Virus record (IMG/VR): IMGVR_UViG_3300025012_000027
Location: 152,116-216,115 of that record
DNA length: 64,000 nucleotides
Strand: one strand, 5' to 3'
Shown here: positions 47,106-57,796 of the stretch, in pieces
How positions within the stretch are numbered: position 1 is the first letter of the stretch
How the letters are laid out: each line of letters starts with the position of its first letter
Notes under the pieces: generated by a model
Seen by the model: only the letters and a program-made list of their open reading frames with translations
Databases searched by the model: none
Told to the model about the DNA's origin: nothing
Made by a program: the position numbers and the translations under genes

Positions 47106-48968
47106 CTAGTCTACCTTCCACCCACGCGCGTTTGTTTTAGCCGTTAATCGAACAATCGGATCATCATGATTCGATAATGAGCTAAGTTGATTTCGGGATA
47201 TTGATGGATTCTTCGCAACTTCTTTAGCTATAGCCACATTATCGGTACTCAACAATCTGTCGAAATGGTGATGTTTCAAAGATGTATTCCTTGATATCGT
47301 GCTCAGTGTATTTACATCTGCTGATCGAAGCAGTGAATCTATGTGCGGTTCTTCCAAATCCGTTCGTTCTGCTAACCTAGCGGTTACTTCTGGATGTTCG
47401 GATGCGGCTAATATAGATTTAGTATCATGATCAAGAGTGTCTCTTTTAGCTAGACCAACTTTTAGCGCGGTATCACCCCCAGCTCTTGCTTGAGATATCC
47501 AGTGAGATGGTGTCTTTGGATTCATCATAGAAGCTTCTCGAACGATAGATGTTGGATCTGTTTGTAGTCGTTCTCTATCATGTTCATTAATACTAGGGTG
47601 TTTGGCAGCAGCAGCCCTAACTGTTGGGTTTGGGTCTGTTGATGCTCGACTCAATACATCACTGTCAGATTTTGGGTTAAGAGCAACGCCAACTCTATCA
47701 GCACTATTGAGATTATCCCAATCGCTCGAGGATTCTCGGTGGTGAATCTTCGCCGACCAAACACGATACAAGTCGTTCCCACCCGCATGATACGTTGGTT
47801 CGGGATGAATGACGAATGTATGGTCTCTATCCAATAGATATTCATGTTCTTTGGGGTGCGAGCTCATAGGTTTAATATATGCACCATGCGGGTATCCGCC
47901 TGGGATATCAACTTTCATAACATCACGGACTCGCCTAGATACACCCGGGGTGTTTTTAGAACTACCAAACCCCTCAGCAGTTAACATATCTAAGCTAGTG
48001 CTCACGAATGAAGGCGATCTCATAATAATATGACCATCTTCATTCCGCTCTCGTATCTTATGAGGATCGGTGGAATAGTGCATACCAGAATACACGGTAA
48101 AGTCTTTGTGATGTGTTGGATGTGGAATTAGTGATATATGCTTCGAAATATTATCACCTAATTCGTCGAGAGTTTTCGCGTCTGTGAGAGCATGTTCTGG
48201 ACTTATTATACCGGCCAGGTGTGTATTCAAAGCAGTTGAGCTTTTAGAATACTTGGATACATGTTCATTTGGATAGTTTTTATAATGCTCTTCAAGTGAT
48301 ACATCTGTATTTGCCCAAGATTTATGCTCTCTCGATTTCGAGTTCATGAGCTTTTGAAGAGCTATATCATTAGTTCGTGTTCCGAGATATCTAAGACCTT
48401 CGGTTGGGTGTGCTTCAAATGACGGGCCAGCTTCATGTGTTACGATACGCAAGTTATTGAATTCCAAAGTCTTGGGCATCGCGTTAACCTCCGCTTCAGT
48501 ATAACTTGATTGATCTTGATCAGTTATTTTTGGCTTGACTACGGCATGCTTATCAAGCAAAGGTATCCATTTGTGCTTCAAGTATGATGTATTCTCAGCA
48601 GATTCTCCATATCGAGATTTTACCATCACATCTAGAATATGGTGTATTTTGTTCGCAGATGGAACACCTTTCTTCAGCAAGTCGTGAATATAGTTGTCTT
48701 CTGCGTTATGCTTTGTGCCGATTTTCAAGTAAGGCTTCACATATTTGTGCAAAGCAGCTAAGTCTTCGTGATAGTTATCTCCGTTGATAGCATACTTTAT
48801 ATTTCGATCATTGTCAGCTTTATCATCAGCATCATATTCGGAAAAAGCTTCTTGAACGATCTGTTTAGTGATGACGCTGGGAGTCTTTGGTCGGCCAATA
48901 CCGAAAAGAACAGGCGTTATCTCTGATAATCTATCGTTGATTTCGTTTGAGGGGATTGTCTTATACAT
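47106..48968 (-). CDS. Alt-like ADP-ribosyltransferase fused to C-terminal LRV repeats
   Basis: TVYSG, FVSTS, EHEYLL, then VRAAAAKHP-type repeats. Confidence 0.72.
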   Translation of the reverse strand: MYKTIPSNEINDRLSEITPVLFGIGRPKTPSVITKQIVQEAFSEYDADDKADNDRNIKYAINGDNYHEDLAALHKYVKPYLKIGTKHNAEDNYIHDLLKKGVPSANKIHHILDVMVKSRYGESAENTSYLKHKWIPLLDKHAVVKPKITDQDQSSYTEAEVNAMPKTLEFNNLRIVTHEAGPSFEAHPTEGLRYLGTRTNDIALQKLMNSKSREHKSWANTDVSLEEHYKNYPNEHVSKYSKSSTALNTHLAGIISPEHALTDAKTLDELGDNISKHISLIPHPTHHKDFTVYSGMHYSTDPHKIRERNEDGHIIMRSPSFVSTSLDMLTAEGFGSSKNTPGVSRRVRDVMKVDIPGGYPHGAYIKPMSSHPKEHEYLLDRDHTFVIHPEPTYHAGGNDLYRVWSAKIHHRESSSDWDNLNSADRVGVALNPKSDSDVLSRASTDPNPTVRAAAAKHPSINEHDRERLQTDPTSIVREASMMNPKTPSHWISQARAGGDTALKVGLAKRDTLDHDTKSILAASEHPEVTARLAERTDLEEPHIDSLLRSADVNTLSTISRNTSLKHHHFDRLLSTDNVAIAKEVAKNPSISRNQLSSLSNHDDPIVRLTAKTNARGWKVD

Positions 48969-49014
48969 AAGGAAGAGTTAAATATAACATTACGTCTATT
49001 AGTATTTAACTATC

Positions 49015-50187
49015 ATGCCATTAAACAATCTCTTCCCGATCGGATCATATTCGGAACAGTCTTTGACCGAAAACTTGATCATCGAATCAATCCGACAACA
49101 CGGACGAGAATTTTACTACATTCCTAGAACTCTTGTCGCTCCAGATGCTATTTTCGGCGAAGATAGTCTGTCTAAGTTCAAGAATAGCTATATGATCGAA
49201 GCATATATCGACAACGTTGAGGAATGGGGTGGTAGTGGAGGATTCATCAGTAAGTTTGGATATACTATCGAAGATCAAGGACAATTGACTATAGCAAGAC
49301 GTAGATGGGAACAGTTGGTCGGTAGATATGGGCAAAGTGTAATCCCAGACAGACCTGCTGAAGGAGATTTGTTATATTTTCCAATGGCCAAAAGTCTATT
49401 TGAGATAAAGTATGTGGAACATCAAAATCCGTTCTATCAACTAGGAAAACTATATGTGTTCAAACTAAAAGTAGAACTCTTCCAGTACTCATCGGAAAGA
49501 ATCGAAACAGATATAGATGAAATCAATAAGATTGCATTGGATATGACATTCGATGTATTGAATGATCCAACACAGGAAGTAGTTCCAAACATGCGAGATT
49601 TTTACTCAAACTCCGAATTGAGAACGGAATCATTAGATGTACTAGACTTCAGTGAAGATAATCCTTTTGGAGATTCTTCAACAAGTCCTTATTCAGCCCC
49701 GTTTGCGTTAGATCATATAATCATTAGTTACACACACGATTCAGCTGAGAATTTAAACTCACACACTCGTATCATGTCGTCATACTTTGATGGATTATTT
49801 GTGGGAAATGGTTATTCATCTAATATCATGAATATCATGAAATGGGGTGGAAACGGTACTTCAGCAGAATATGTATACATCGATGTATCATTATTGAAAG
49901 AAACATTCCCAGAACTACCTCAAATAGATATAGACTTTAGAGCTGATTGGGTATCAACTAGTACCACACTAAGTATCCCAGTCGTATTGAGTGTCGTAGG
50001 GTATTCTGGTGGTACTATGACACAAACAGGAACGACATATAGTATCAGTAACTCTACAGCAACTAAAAATCTGATTACCACAACTCAGTTAGTAACGGCT
50101 AATTCTATGTTAGATTCGTCTATAGGATCTAGAATAGCCGTAGGGTTAATAGATACAGTGAATGGATCAGGTAACATCATATCATAA
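49015..50187 (+). CDS. gp14: neck protein with C-terminal extension
   Basis: YYIPR, FGED, RPAEGDLLYFP, PFYQLGK, DFSEDNPFG. Confidence 0.9.
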   Translation: MPLNNLFPIGSYSEQSLTENLIIESIRQHGREFYYIPRTLVAPDAIFGEDSLSKFKNSYMIEAYIDNVEEWGGSGGFISKFGYTIEDQGQLTIARRRWEQLVGRYGQSVIPDRPAEGDLLYFPMAKSLFEIKYVEHQNPFYQLGKLYVFKLKVELFQYSSERIETDIDEINKIALDMTFDVLNDPTQEVVPNMRDFYSNSELRTESLDVLDFSEDNPFGDSSTSPYSAPFALDHIIISYTHDSAENLNSHTRIMSSYFDGLFVGNGYSSNIMNIMKWGGNGTSAEYVYIDVSLLKETFPELPQIDIDFRADWVSTSTTLSIPVVLSVVGYSGGTMTQTGTTYSISNSTATKNLITTTQLVTANSMLDSSIGSRIAVGLIDTVNGSGNIIS

Positions 50188-50189
50188 TC

Positions 50190-50507
50190 ATGACAACTGA
50201 AGAATTAGGAATCGATGCTAAACCAATAGCGAGGCTAGGTGATGATACGTTTGGAGTATGCCAAGTTCATGGTAATCAATATGGTAAGATAGTATCTTCT
50301 TCTACTAACGTATTCGTCAATGGTCGCGGTATTGCTAGACTAGGGGATGAAGTATTAGCAAACTGCGGTCATACAGGAATTATATCTTCTTCAGCCACTA
50401 TCACTTTTGTTAATGGAAAAGGTATAGCAAGAGTAGGAGATAGTGTAGAAGGGATTTACTCAGCTTCTATCATATCGGGATCGGAAGATTCATTCAATGT
50501 ATTATAA
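50190..50507 (+). CDS. PAAR spike protein (gp5.4-like)
   Basis: Three IARLGD/IARVGD repeats. Confidence 0.9.
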   Translation: MTTEELGIDAKPIARLGDDTFGVCQVHGNQYGKIVSSSTNVFVNGRGIARLGDEVLANCGHTGIISSSATITFVNGKGIARVGDSVEGIYSASIISGSEDSFNVL

Positions 50508-50519
50508 CAAGAATAAATC

Positions 50520-50800
50520 TATATCGAGTGCGCAGCACGAAGATTGCGAGAAGGAGTGAGCGTAGCGAAACGGTCTCGCCAGATAGTATTATCTAGACGT
50601 ACGGCTAGCCTTGAATACCATACTTAAAAGTGTCACTGCTACTTCGTTCGTTAAAACTTCGTTTCAGTCACTGCTACTTCGTTCGTTAAAACTTCGTTAT
50701 TGTTACTCTCGGCAGTCTTTGCTTCGCGTCGACTGCTATCTTCGTGTGCTACGCTTCGCGCACCACACTCGATACAAACTTATTTCTGTTAGAAATCTTT
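50520..50800. repeat. cluster of short inverted and direct repeats with GCGTAGC/GCTTCGC mini-hairpins
   Basis: Tandem GTCACTGCTACTTCGTTCGTTAAAACTTCGTT copies near 50632 and 50667; ATCGAGTG/CACTCGAT and CACGAAGAT/ATCTTCGTG inverted arms. Confidence 0.7.
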
Positions 50801-51328
50801 TCGTTCAAATCTTTTACTCGTGCTTTTGGAAACGGGGGAGCGAAAAACTCTTACCCTTTATGCCCGCACCATGGAAGATTATGAATTTCTTCGACGGCTC
50901 ATTATCCCTGTCACTTATAGCATTATGATCTTGTATTGGTATATCTCAACTACCAATAAGGTTCTTCCACCAGCTAGTTAGGTACTTTACAGCAAATCCA
51001 TGCCGCGAGTTGAGTCGACGTATTGTTACGAGGACGGTTTTATTCCGCCCACACAATACCCTATCCTAGCTTACCCATCATTCTCTTGCCTTTAGGGGAG
51101 TACGCTGGTCCACTTCTATGCATGCACATAAGACTTTTAAGAGAATATCTTATATGTTGTTCACACACAGTCATGAGGACGATAACGATTAGCCATCCTC
51201 ATGTCTCCCACCCCGTTTCCATCTAAATATTAATCGATTTATTAAGGGCTGTTTACAGAATCACGTTTAACCAGGTGATAAGACTGGATTCCTATACGGT
51301 ATGTATGCCGGAACAAGGCGTAAGGCAA

Positions 51329-51357
51329 AGTGTAACATATCCAAAAGTCATTGTCAA
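51329..51357 (-). promoter_or_regulatory. sigma70-type promoter pointing into the non-coding region
   Basis: TTGACA-17-TACACT with extended TG. Confidence 0.7.
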
Positions 51358-51438
51358 CACTTTTCTGAAACTATTTACAGCAATCTGCCATTTGCACTTA
51401 GCCTTAAATATCAGTAAGACATAAAGAAAAAGGTTTTC

Positions 51439-52209
51439 ATGAAGTTAGACAACATCGCTGAAGCATACAGATTGCTGTATATAACTGCAAATGCAAGTGA
51501 TTTGTATGAAGTGGTGCTGACTGAAGATCGCATAGATTATCTGAAAAGTAAGTGGCCTGCTATAAACACATCTCATGATTCGTCGGCAATACATCGTAAT
51601 CCATCCGATATAATTGATTTCCTTTCTTCAGAAGTGGATCCGCATCCCAAGAAGGCATACACCCAGTGGTTAGTTAACCGATATCATAGTGGTGGGTTTC
51701 GGCAAGAAGATGCGCCTAGAGTTAAAGAGATACTATCGACGTTTGATGTTCGTAAATCAGGTCTTCCAGAACATATGCGTGATATTGGGCAGTATCGGAA
51801 GATATCAGACGTTGCGCATGCTGTTTCGACTGCAACTACTGTTCCAGCACACCCATCAACAATGGATGATGAGCCTGGGTTCAAGAAGCATTTCGAAGAT
51901 TCTAACATTAAGATCCATGAACTATCCAATACAGAAACCAGTCAAAGATTGTTCGGGAAGCCTATGACTGAGTGGTGTACGGCATGGCATGGTAGTAGTT
52001 GCCGATTCAACGAAACTGTTCATGGTGACGAACCTGGTCCGTTGTTCGTAGTCACTCGTAAAAAAGACAATGCGGTGTTTCAATATCATCCAACGTCGGA
52101 TCAATTCATGGACGCCGACAACAACACTGTTGAGCCACATGACTTTGAGAGCATGAAAGATAGTCTGCATACTGCTTGGTCTCAAAACCCACATCTATTA
52201 TCTAAGTAA
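51439..52209 (+). CDS. hypothetical protein
   Basis: 256-aa ORF after TAAATA; TEWCTA and QFMDA motifs. Confidence 0.7.
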   Translation: MKLDNIAEAYRLLYITANASDLYEVVLTEDRIDYLKSKWPAINTSHDSSAIHRNPSDIIDFLSSEVDPHPKKAYTQWLVNRYHSGGFRQEDAPRVKEILSTFDVRKSGLPEHMRDIGQYRKISDVAHAVSTATTVPAHPSTMDDEPGFKKHFEDSNIKIHELSNTETSQRLFGKPMTEWCTAWHGSSCRFNETVHGDEPGPLFVVTRKKDNAVFQYHPTSDQFMDADNNTVEPHDFESMKDSLHTAWSQNPHLLSK

Positions 52210-52217
52210 GGATCATT

Positions 52218-53123
52218 ATGACGAATACCGTATCACAATTTTTGAAATCTATTGACGAATCCCGTAAAGTTGCGATTATTGAGCAATTATCTAAAACTGA
52301 TGTTTCTGTTGACGAGTTGCTAGAATCTGAAAACATCGAACAATTCAAGAGAGCTGACATATTAGAATATCTAGATGCTAACCGAGATAAACTGCTAGCG
52401 AGAGTGCAGTTCAATGAAAATGATCCTGTTAGAATTTCCGATGACTTTGCTCCAATGGCTGGTAAGTATGGTGTGGTTCTAGCTAGAGGCGTCGGCGGTA
52501 CTTTTAGAGTTAAATTCGATGATTCTGAATTGGACATTCCAGAACAGCATTTGATCAGAGATCCGGCTCCTGCGACAGAACCATCCTTTGAATCGCGTAT
52601 GGTGGTCCTAACTGCTGATGGAATATTGACAGAAGCCGTTGTATGTGATGCTAATTGGACCGAGAAAACCATCGCAGAAGGTATGTGTATTGATATACTC
52701 GCAGTAATGCCAACGACTCTGACAGAAGAAGATTTGGTTACGTTTAGAGATGCGGTAGATGCTGAATTGACGGAAGCTCAGTTAGCTGTAAGATCTGAGG
52801 TAATGGCAGCCGCCGCTCCATGTGTCGATCTGTTGCAGGAAATGTACGGTGATGATTGGGCAGACGTGTTGTTAGGATCAGCGACTATTCACGCATTATC
52901 AGAAGACGCCGACGATGTCAAAGTTGAAGCGGATAATACGGAACCGGTTACTTCAGATTCATCGGTGTTTAAACACGTCAATCAAGACGGTGATGAAGTG
53001 AAGATTGATTTGGTTGATGGACAGTACATCGTTACTGTTACGGCAAAAGACGGTAATGTTGTTGAGAATAAGACATTCAACGATATTAACCATGCAAACG
53101 CTCTAGCACAATCGTTCATGTAA
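52218..53123 (+). CDS. acidic hypothetical protein
   Basis: 301-aa ORF with AAGGA SD. Confidence 0.7.
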   Translation: MTNTVSQFLKSIDESRKVAIIEQLSKTDVSVDELLESENIEQFKRADILEYLDANRDKLLARVQFNENDPVRISDDFAPMAGKYGVVLARGVGGTFRVKFDDSELDIPEQHLIRDPAPATEPSFESRMVVLTADGILTEAVVCDANWTEKTIAEGMCIDILAVMPTTLTEEDLVTFRDAVDAELTEAQLAVRSEVMAAAAPCVDLLQEMYGDDWADVLLGSATIHALSEDADDVKVEADNTEPVTSDSSVFKHVNQDGDEVKIDLVDGQYIVTVTAKDGNVVENKTFNDINHANALAQSFM

Positions 53124-53455
53124 TGGCTAAGTACGCTAACATTTTTGTTGATAAAGGCGCGTCCTTTACAGAAGTTATCTATCTAGATAACGATGATGGG
53201 ACGAATTATTTGTTGACGGGATACCTTGCTACAGCCAAGGCACGTAAACACATTCAATCAACCGGATCCGTCGCTTTTACTGCTGTTGTTGATACGGTTG
53301 CTAGCACAGTAACTATTTCATTGACCAAGATACAAACGGCCGCTTTAGATCCAGTTACTTATTTGTACGATGTTATCATTTCTAATGCGACAACTGGATC
53401 GGTTATTAAAATTGTGGAGGGGGCGATGATTGTTTCGTCTACTATGTCTCTATGA
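53123..53455 (+). CDS. virion structural protein (BppU-N-like)
   Basis: DKGASF...LTGY...YLYDV...VEG pattern. Confidence 0.65.
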   Translation: MAKYANIFVDKGASFTEVIYLDNDDGTNYLLTGYLATAKARKHIQSTGSVAFTAVVDTVASTVTISLTKIQTAALDPVTYLYDVIISNATTGSVIKIVEGAMIVSSTMSL

Positions 53456-53679
53456 AAGTAACGATAAAACAACCTAGTTCTGGGATTAGCACGGTCCTAG
53501 GAATACCTGGCCCAGAGGGGCCTCCAGGCCCACCGGGGATTATGATTGTGTCGAATGCCGATGATGTAGATTCAACAACACTTGTAACTGGTTCGTTATT
53601 GATATATGATGCTATCCGTGAAAAGTGGGTTGCGGATACTTTCTTGTCAGCTCAATTTATCGAATGTGGCGAATATTAA
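53452..53679 (+). CDS. small structural protein with collagen-like stretch
   Basis: GPEGPPGPPG. Confidence 0.65.
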   Translation: MKVTIKQPSSGISTVLGIPGPEGPPGPPGIMIVSNADDVDSTTLVTGSLLIYDAIREKWVADTFLSAQFIECGEY

Positions 53680-53691
53680 TAAGGGAACGGC

Positions 53692-55683
53692 ATGAGTTCA
53701 ATCATAAGAATTAAAAGATCATCGGTTAGCGGCAATCCTGCGACGCTAGCAGCTGGAGAACTAGCATATTCAGCGTTAGCTGATAATGGAGCTAACGGCG
53801 GTGATAGACTATACGTCGGTATGGGTACCGAAACTTCAGGTAATGCTGCTAACCACGTAGTTGTCGGTGGTAAGTATTTCACTGATATGTTGGATCACGC
53901 TAGGGGCACATTGACCGCAGATTCTGCGATTATTGTAGATGCTAATAGCAAAATTAACTTAATAAATGTTGGTAACTTGACTATTACTGGAAGTAGTAAT
54001 ACGATAAGTTCAACCGATGCTAACGGTAATATCCTATTAGATCCAAATGGTTCTGGTTATGTGCAAATTGTTGGTACGAATGGTTTAATCATCCCAGTTG
54101 GAACGACGGCGCAACAAGGACCAGCTGTATCGGGTGCTATTCGATTCAATACAACGACTAGTCAGTTTGAAGGGTATGCTACATCAACCTGGCAAAGTTT
54201 GGGTGGGGTGCGATCAGTTGATGGATTGACGTATATTATCGCAGAATCGTCACCCGGCGCTTCCGATGATACATTGCACTTTTATGCTAATGGTGGCGAA
54301 GTAGCCACTCTCGATGCCACGAAATTGGCATTGTTGCAGGCAACAGCATCTACGAGCACCACCACAGGCGCATTAACAGTAGCAGGCGGTGCAGGCATAT
54401 CAGGAAATGTGTATGTTGGCGGCACTCTAAACGTCACTGGGTCGTCGGCTCTTTCATCTCTGACATTGACTACAGCCCTTGCCGTAACATCCGGCGGTAC
54501 TGGTACTGCCACTGGATCGATTACTGGTACAGGGGCTCTAGCCTTTACTGCGGGGGGCACTAACACCAACGTTACGCTAGCACCTAATGGTACGGGTACG
54601 GTTGATGTATCATCCAAGCGGATCACTAATGTTGCAGATCCTACGAGTACCCAAGATGCTGCGACAAAGGCATACGTTGATGCATCTGCTAATGGATTAG
54701 ATGTAAAGGCATCTGCTAGATTGGCGACCGATGCCGCTCTGACGGCAACATATAATAATGGCGCATCTGGCGTAGGTGCTACATTAACGAATGCTACCAC
54801 TCAAGCAGCTCTGACACTAGATGGCGTTGCTACAGTGGTCGGTGACAGAGTGTTGGTTAAAGACCAAGCATCAACATTACAAAACGGTATCTATGTAGTA
54901 ACAGACATAGGGTCTGGTGCAACGAATTGGGTATTAACTCGAACGAGCGACTTTGATAATAGCCCAGGATTGGAAGTTGGCCCAGGTGTATTTGTGTTCG
55001 TCGAAGAAGGTACATCAAATCAAGACAATGGTTATGTGGTTACCACGAATGGTACAATTACTATTGGTACGACCGGCATTGTTTGGAATCAATTCTCTGG
55101 TGCTGGTCAGATTACAGCAGGGGCTGGTTTAACGAAGAACGGTAATACGTTAGACGTCGGCGGTACAGCTAATCGGATAACGATTAATGCAGACACCGTA
55201 GATATTGCGTCAACTTATGTCGGTCAAACATCGATAACTACTATAGGCACAATTGGCACAGGTGTGTGGCAAGGTACTATTGTCGCAGGACAATATGGTG
55301 GTACGGGGGTTAACAATTCAGGCAAGACGATTACGTTGGGTGGAAATCTAACAACGTCAGGCGCATTCGCTACTACTCTAACCGTTACGGGTACAACTAA
55401 CGTCACTTTGCCAACAACCGGCACTTTGGCAACACTTGCTGGCTCTGAAGCACTTAGCAACAAGACGATAACCGCGTCATCATTCTCGGGCACGACAATC
55501 GCTGGCTCTGGACTGATAACATTTACGGATATAACCGATGCAGGTCCGCTTGGTACGGCGGCTGTAGTTTTGTCTGGTGGATTATCTGTAGCAAAGAAAA
55601 TATATGTTGGTACTGATATTGTAGGATCTGGAGCGGCAACTAGTTTGCTGGATGGTTTTAATATGGACGGTGGCACATATTGA
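53692..55683 (+). CDS. tail fibre protein
   Basis: IRIKRS...GELAY N-terminus, DAATKAYVD, GDRVLVKDQ...NGIY, DGGTY end. Confidence 0.85.
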   Translation: MSSIIRIKRSSVSGNPATLAAGELAYSALADNGANGGDRLYVGMGTETSGNAANHVVVGGKYFTDMLDHARGTLTADSAIIVDANSKINLINVGNLTITGSSNTISSTDANGNILLDPNGSGYVQIVGTNGLIIPVGTTAQQGPAVSGAIRFNTTTSQFEGYATSTWQSLGGVRSVDGLTYIIAESSPGASDDTLHFYANGGEVATLDATKLALLQATASTSTTTGALTVAGGAGISGNVYVGGTLNVTGSSALSSLTLTTALAVTSGGTGTATGSITGTGALAFTAGGTNTNVTLAPNGTGTVDVSSKRITNVADPTSTQDAATKAYVDASANGLDVKASARLATDAALTATYNNGASGVGATLTNATTQAALTLDGVATVVGDRVLVKDQASTLQNGIYVVTDIGSGATNWVLTRTSDFDNSPGLEVGPGVFVFVEEGTSNQDNGYVVTTNGTITIGTTGIVWNQFSGAGQITAGAGLTKNGNTLDVGGTANRITINADTVDIASTYVGQTSITTIGTIGTGVWQGTIVAGQYGGTGVNNSGKTITLGGNLTTSGAFATTLTVTGTTNVTLPTTGTLATLAGSEALSNKTITASSFSGTTIAGSGLITFTDITDAGPLGTAAVVLSGGLSVAKKIYVGTDIVGSGAATSLLDGFNMDGGTY

Positions 55684-55745
55684 TAAGTAAATAGTAGATA
55701 CAAGGGGAAGTCCTTACTTCCCGTCTTTCCTTTTTAGGATATGTT

Positions 55746-57101
55746 ATGTCAAATAAGATAATACTGAAGAAATCTTCAGTAGCAGCAAAAATACCGTTAG
55801 TCGCCGACCTTTCATATGGCGAACTCGCGTTAAATTATACTGACGGTAAATTATATTACAGATCATCCACGGATGAGGTACAATCTATAACAAGCGCTGG
55901 AGGCGCATCGGTGACGTTAAGTGCATCTGCCCCCATAGAACCCACCCCCGGGGCTCTTTGGTGGAATACTGAGTTTGGTACTCTTAAAATATATTATGCA
56001 GATGCAGATTCATCTCAGTGGGTCGATGCTTTCTCTACGCTATATGGATCAACTGGTGGGGGTGGTGGAGGCGGGACAGTAACATCAGTTAGTGGTACGG
56101 GGACGGTTTCTGGATTGACTCTTACAGGAACTGTAACAACGACTGGCAGCTTGACCTTAGGTGGGGCGCTTGTCGTTTCAGCCAGTGATTTTTCATCGCA
56201 GACAGCTAATACCATCCTCGCGGCACCTGATGGAGCCCCAGGTACCCCGACGTTTAGGTCGCTGGTATCCGCGGATATCCCAACACTAAACCAAAATACT
56301 ACAGGCACTTCATCAAACATTACTGGCATCGTGGCTATTGCGAATGGCGGTACTGGATCGTCAACTGCACCCGATGCATTAACTGCTCTAGGAGCATACC
56401 CAGCAACCAATCCATCTGGATATACTTCTAATACAGGTACGGTAACCTCGGTTGCAGCACTCACGTTAGGTACTACTGGTACCGATGTATCGTCATCAGT
56501 AGCTAATAGTACCACTACTCCTGTCATTACATTAAACATTCCAACAGCCTCGGCTGCTAATCGTGGTGCATTGAGTGCTGCTGATTGGACTACGTTTAAC
56601 AATAAACTATCAACTGCCGTAACTAGCGTTAGCGGTACTGGAACGGTTTCGGGATTGACTCTTACAGGCACAGTCACTTCTACGGGTAGTTTGACGTTGG
56701 GTGGATCATTAACCGCCCTAGGTACACCCACCAGCGGTGAGCTAAATGCGTGCACAGTAAACACGTTTAAAATTGGATACTTGGAAGTTCCGCAAAATAT
56801 TCAAGCCACTGCATATACTCTCGTATTAGCTGATTCTGGAAAACACGTATTCCATGCATCTGGGGCTGCAGCGGCAACATATACGATTCCAGCTAATGGA
56901 TCTGTTGCGTATCCTGTAGGAACAGCTATCTCTTTCGTTAATATGTCGACGAATAATGTAACGATTGCTATTACTACTGATACATTATACTTGATCGGTG
57001 CAGGAACGACTGGATCTCGTACTCTCGCCCAGTTTGGAAGCGCGACCGCGCTAAAAATAAGCACCACTGAGTGGGTAATTTCAGGGACGAACTTGACATA
57101 A
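55746..57101 (+). CDS. tail fibre protein
   Basis: GELALN; GTVTSV repeats. Confidence 0.82.
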   Translation: MSNKIILKKSSVAAKIPLVADLSYGELALNYTDGKLYYRSSTDEVQSITSAGGASVTLSASAPIEPTPGALWWNTEFGTLKIYYADADSSQWVDAFSTLYGSTGGGGGGGTVTSVSGTGTVSGLTLTGTVTTTGSLTLGGALVVSASDFSSQTANTILAAPDGAPGTPTFRSLVSADIPTLNQNTTGTSSNITGIVAIANGGTGSSTAPDALTALGAYPATNPSGYTSNTGTVTSVAALTLGTTGTDVSSSVANSTTTPVITLNIPTASAANRGALSAADWTTFNNKLSTAVTSVSGTGTVSGLTLTGTVTSTGSLTLGGSLTALGTPTSGELNACTVNTFKIGYLEVPQNIQATAYTLVLADSGKHVFHASGAAAATYTIPANGSVAYPVGTAISFVNMSTNNVTIAITTDTLYLIGAGTTGSRTLAQFGSATALKISTTEWVISGTNLT

Positions 57102-57103
57102 TT

Positions 57104-57775
57104 ATGAGCGGAATACAACAAATGATCATGAATTCTGGTGGGGTCGCTCCTCTGGCACCCATCGTATACTTGGTAACATTGGCTGGTTCTGGGAGCTATA
57201 CCACACCTACAGGATATTCAAAAGTAACGGTTGAGGCTATCGGCGGTGGTGGACAAGGTTTTGGTAATAATACTGCCGGTGATCGAGCAGGTGGCGGTGG
57301 TGGACCATATGCAAAATCTAATACTAATATCTCAGTTACTGGCGATACTACCGTTGTTTATTATACGGTCGGAGCACCTAACGGAGGTGCGACAACATCT
57401 CGTAGTTGGGTCAATGTAGGTACAAATGCTGCCCCGGCGTCGGCGACTCTAGGATGTTTAGCGCCTGGCGGAACTAACGCCGCTTCTGCGACTGCTGGTA
57501 CAGGATCAACCACTGGTGGGGTTGGGGCAACTCTTTATGCGGGTGGTACGGGAACGACCGGCACAAACGGTATTGGTGGTGGCGGCGCTGGCTCTAATGG
57601 ACCAGCATCTGGACAAACTGCTGGTACGTCGTCATATTCTATGGGTGGCGGTACCGGTGGTGCTAAAGCTGGCGGAACAGGCACCGCGCCTGGCGGTGCA
57701 GGTGGCGGTGCTACATCTACAGGCAGCAATCCAACAGGTGCGGCTGGAAGAATTCGCATCGTCTTTACGCCATAA
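57104..57775 (+). CDS. glycine-rich tail-associated protein
   Basis: IGGGG...PGGAGGG...GAAGRIRI. Confidence 0.78.
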   Translation: MSGIQQMIMNSGGVAPLAPIVYLVTLAGSGSYTTPTGYSKVTVEAIGGGGQGFGNNTAGDRAGGGGGPYAKSNTNISVTGDTTVVYYTVGAPNGGATTSRSWVNVGTNAAPASATLGCLAPGGTNAASATAGTGSTTGGVGATLYAGGTGTTGTNGIGGGGAGSNGPASGQTAGTSSYSMGGGTGGAKAGGTGTAPGGAGGGATSTGSNPTGAAGRIRIVFTP

Positions 57776-57796
57776 ATATAATAATAGAGGATAATA

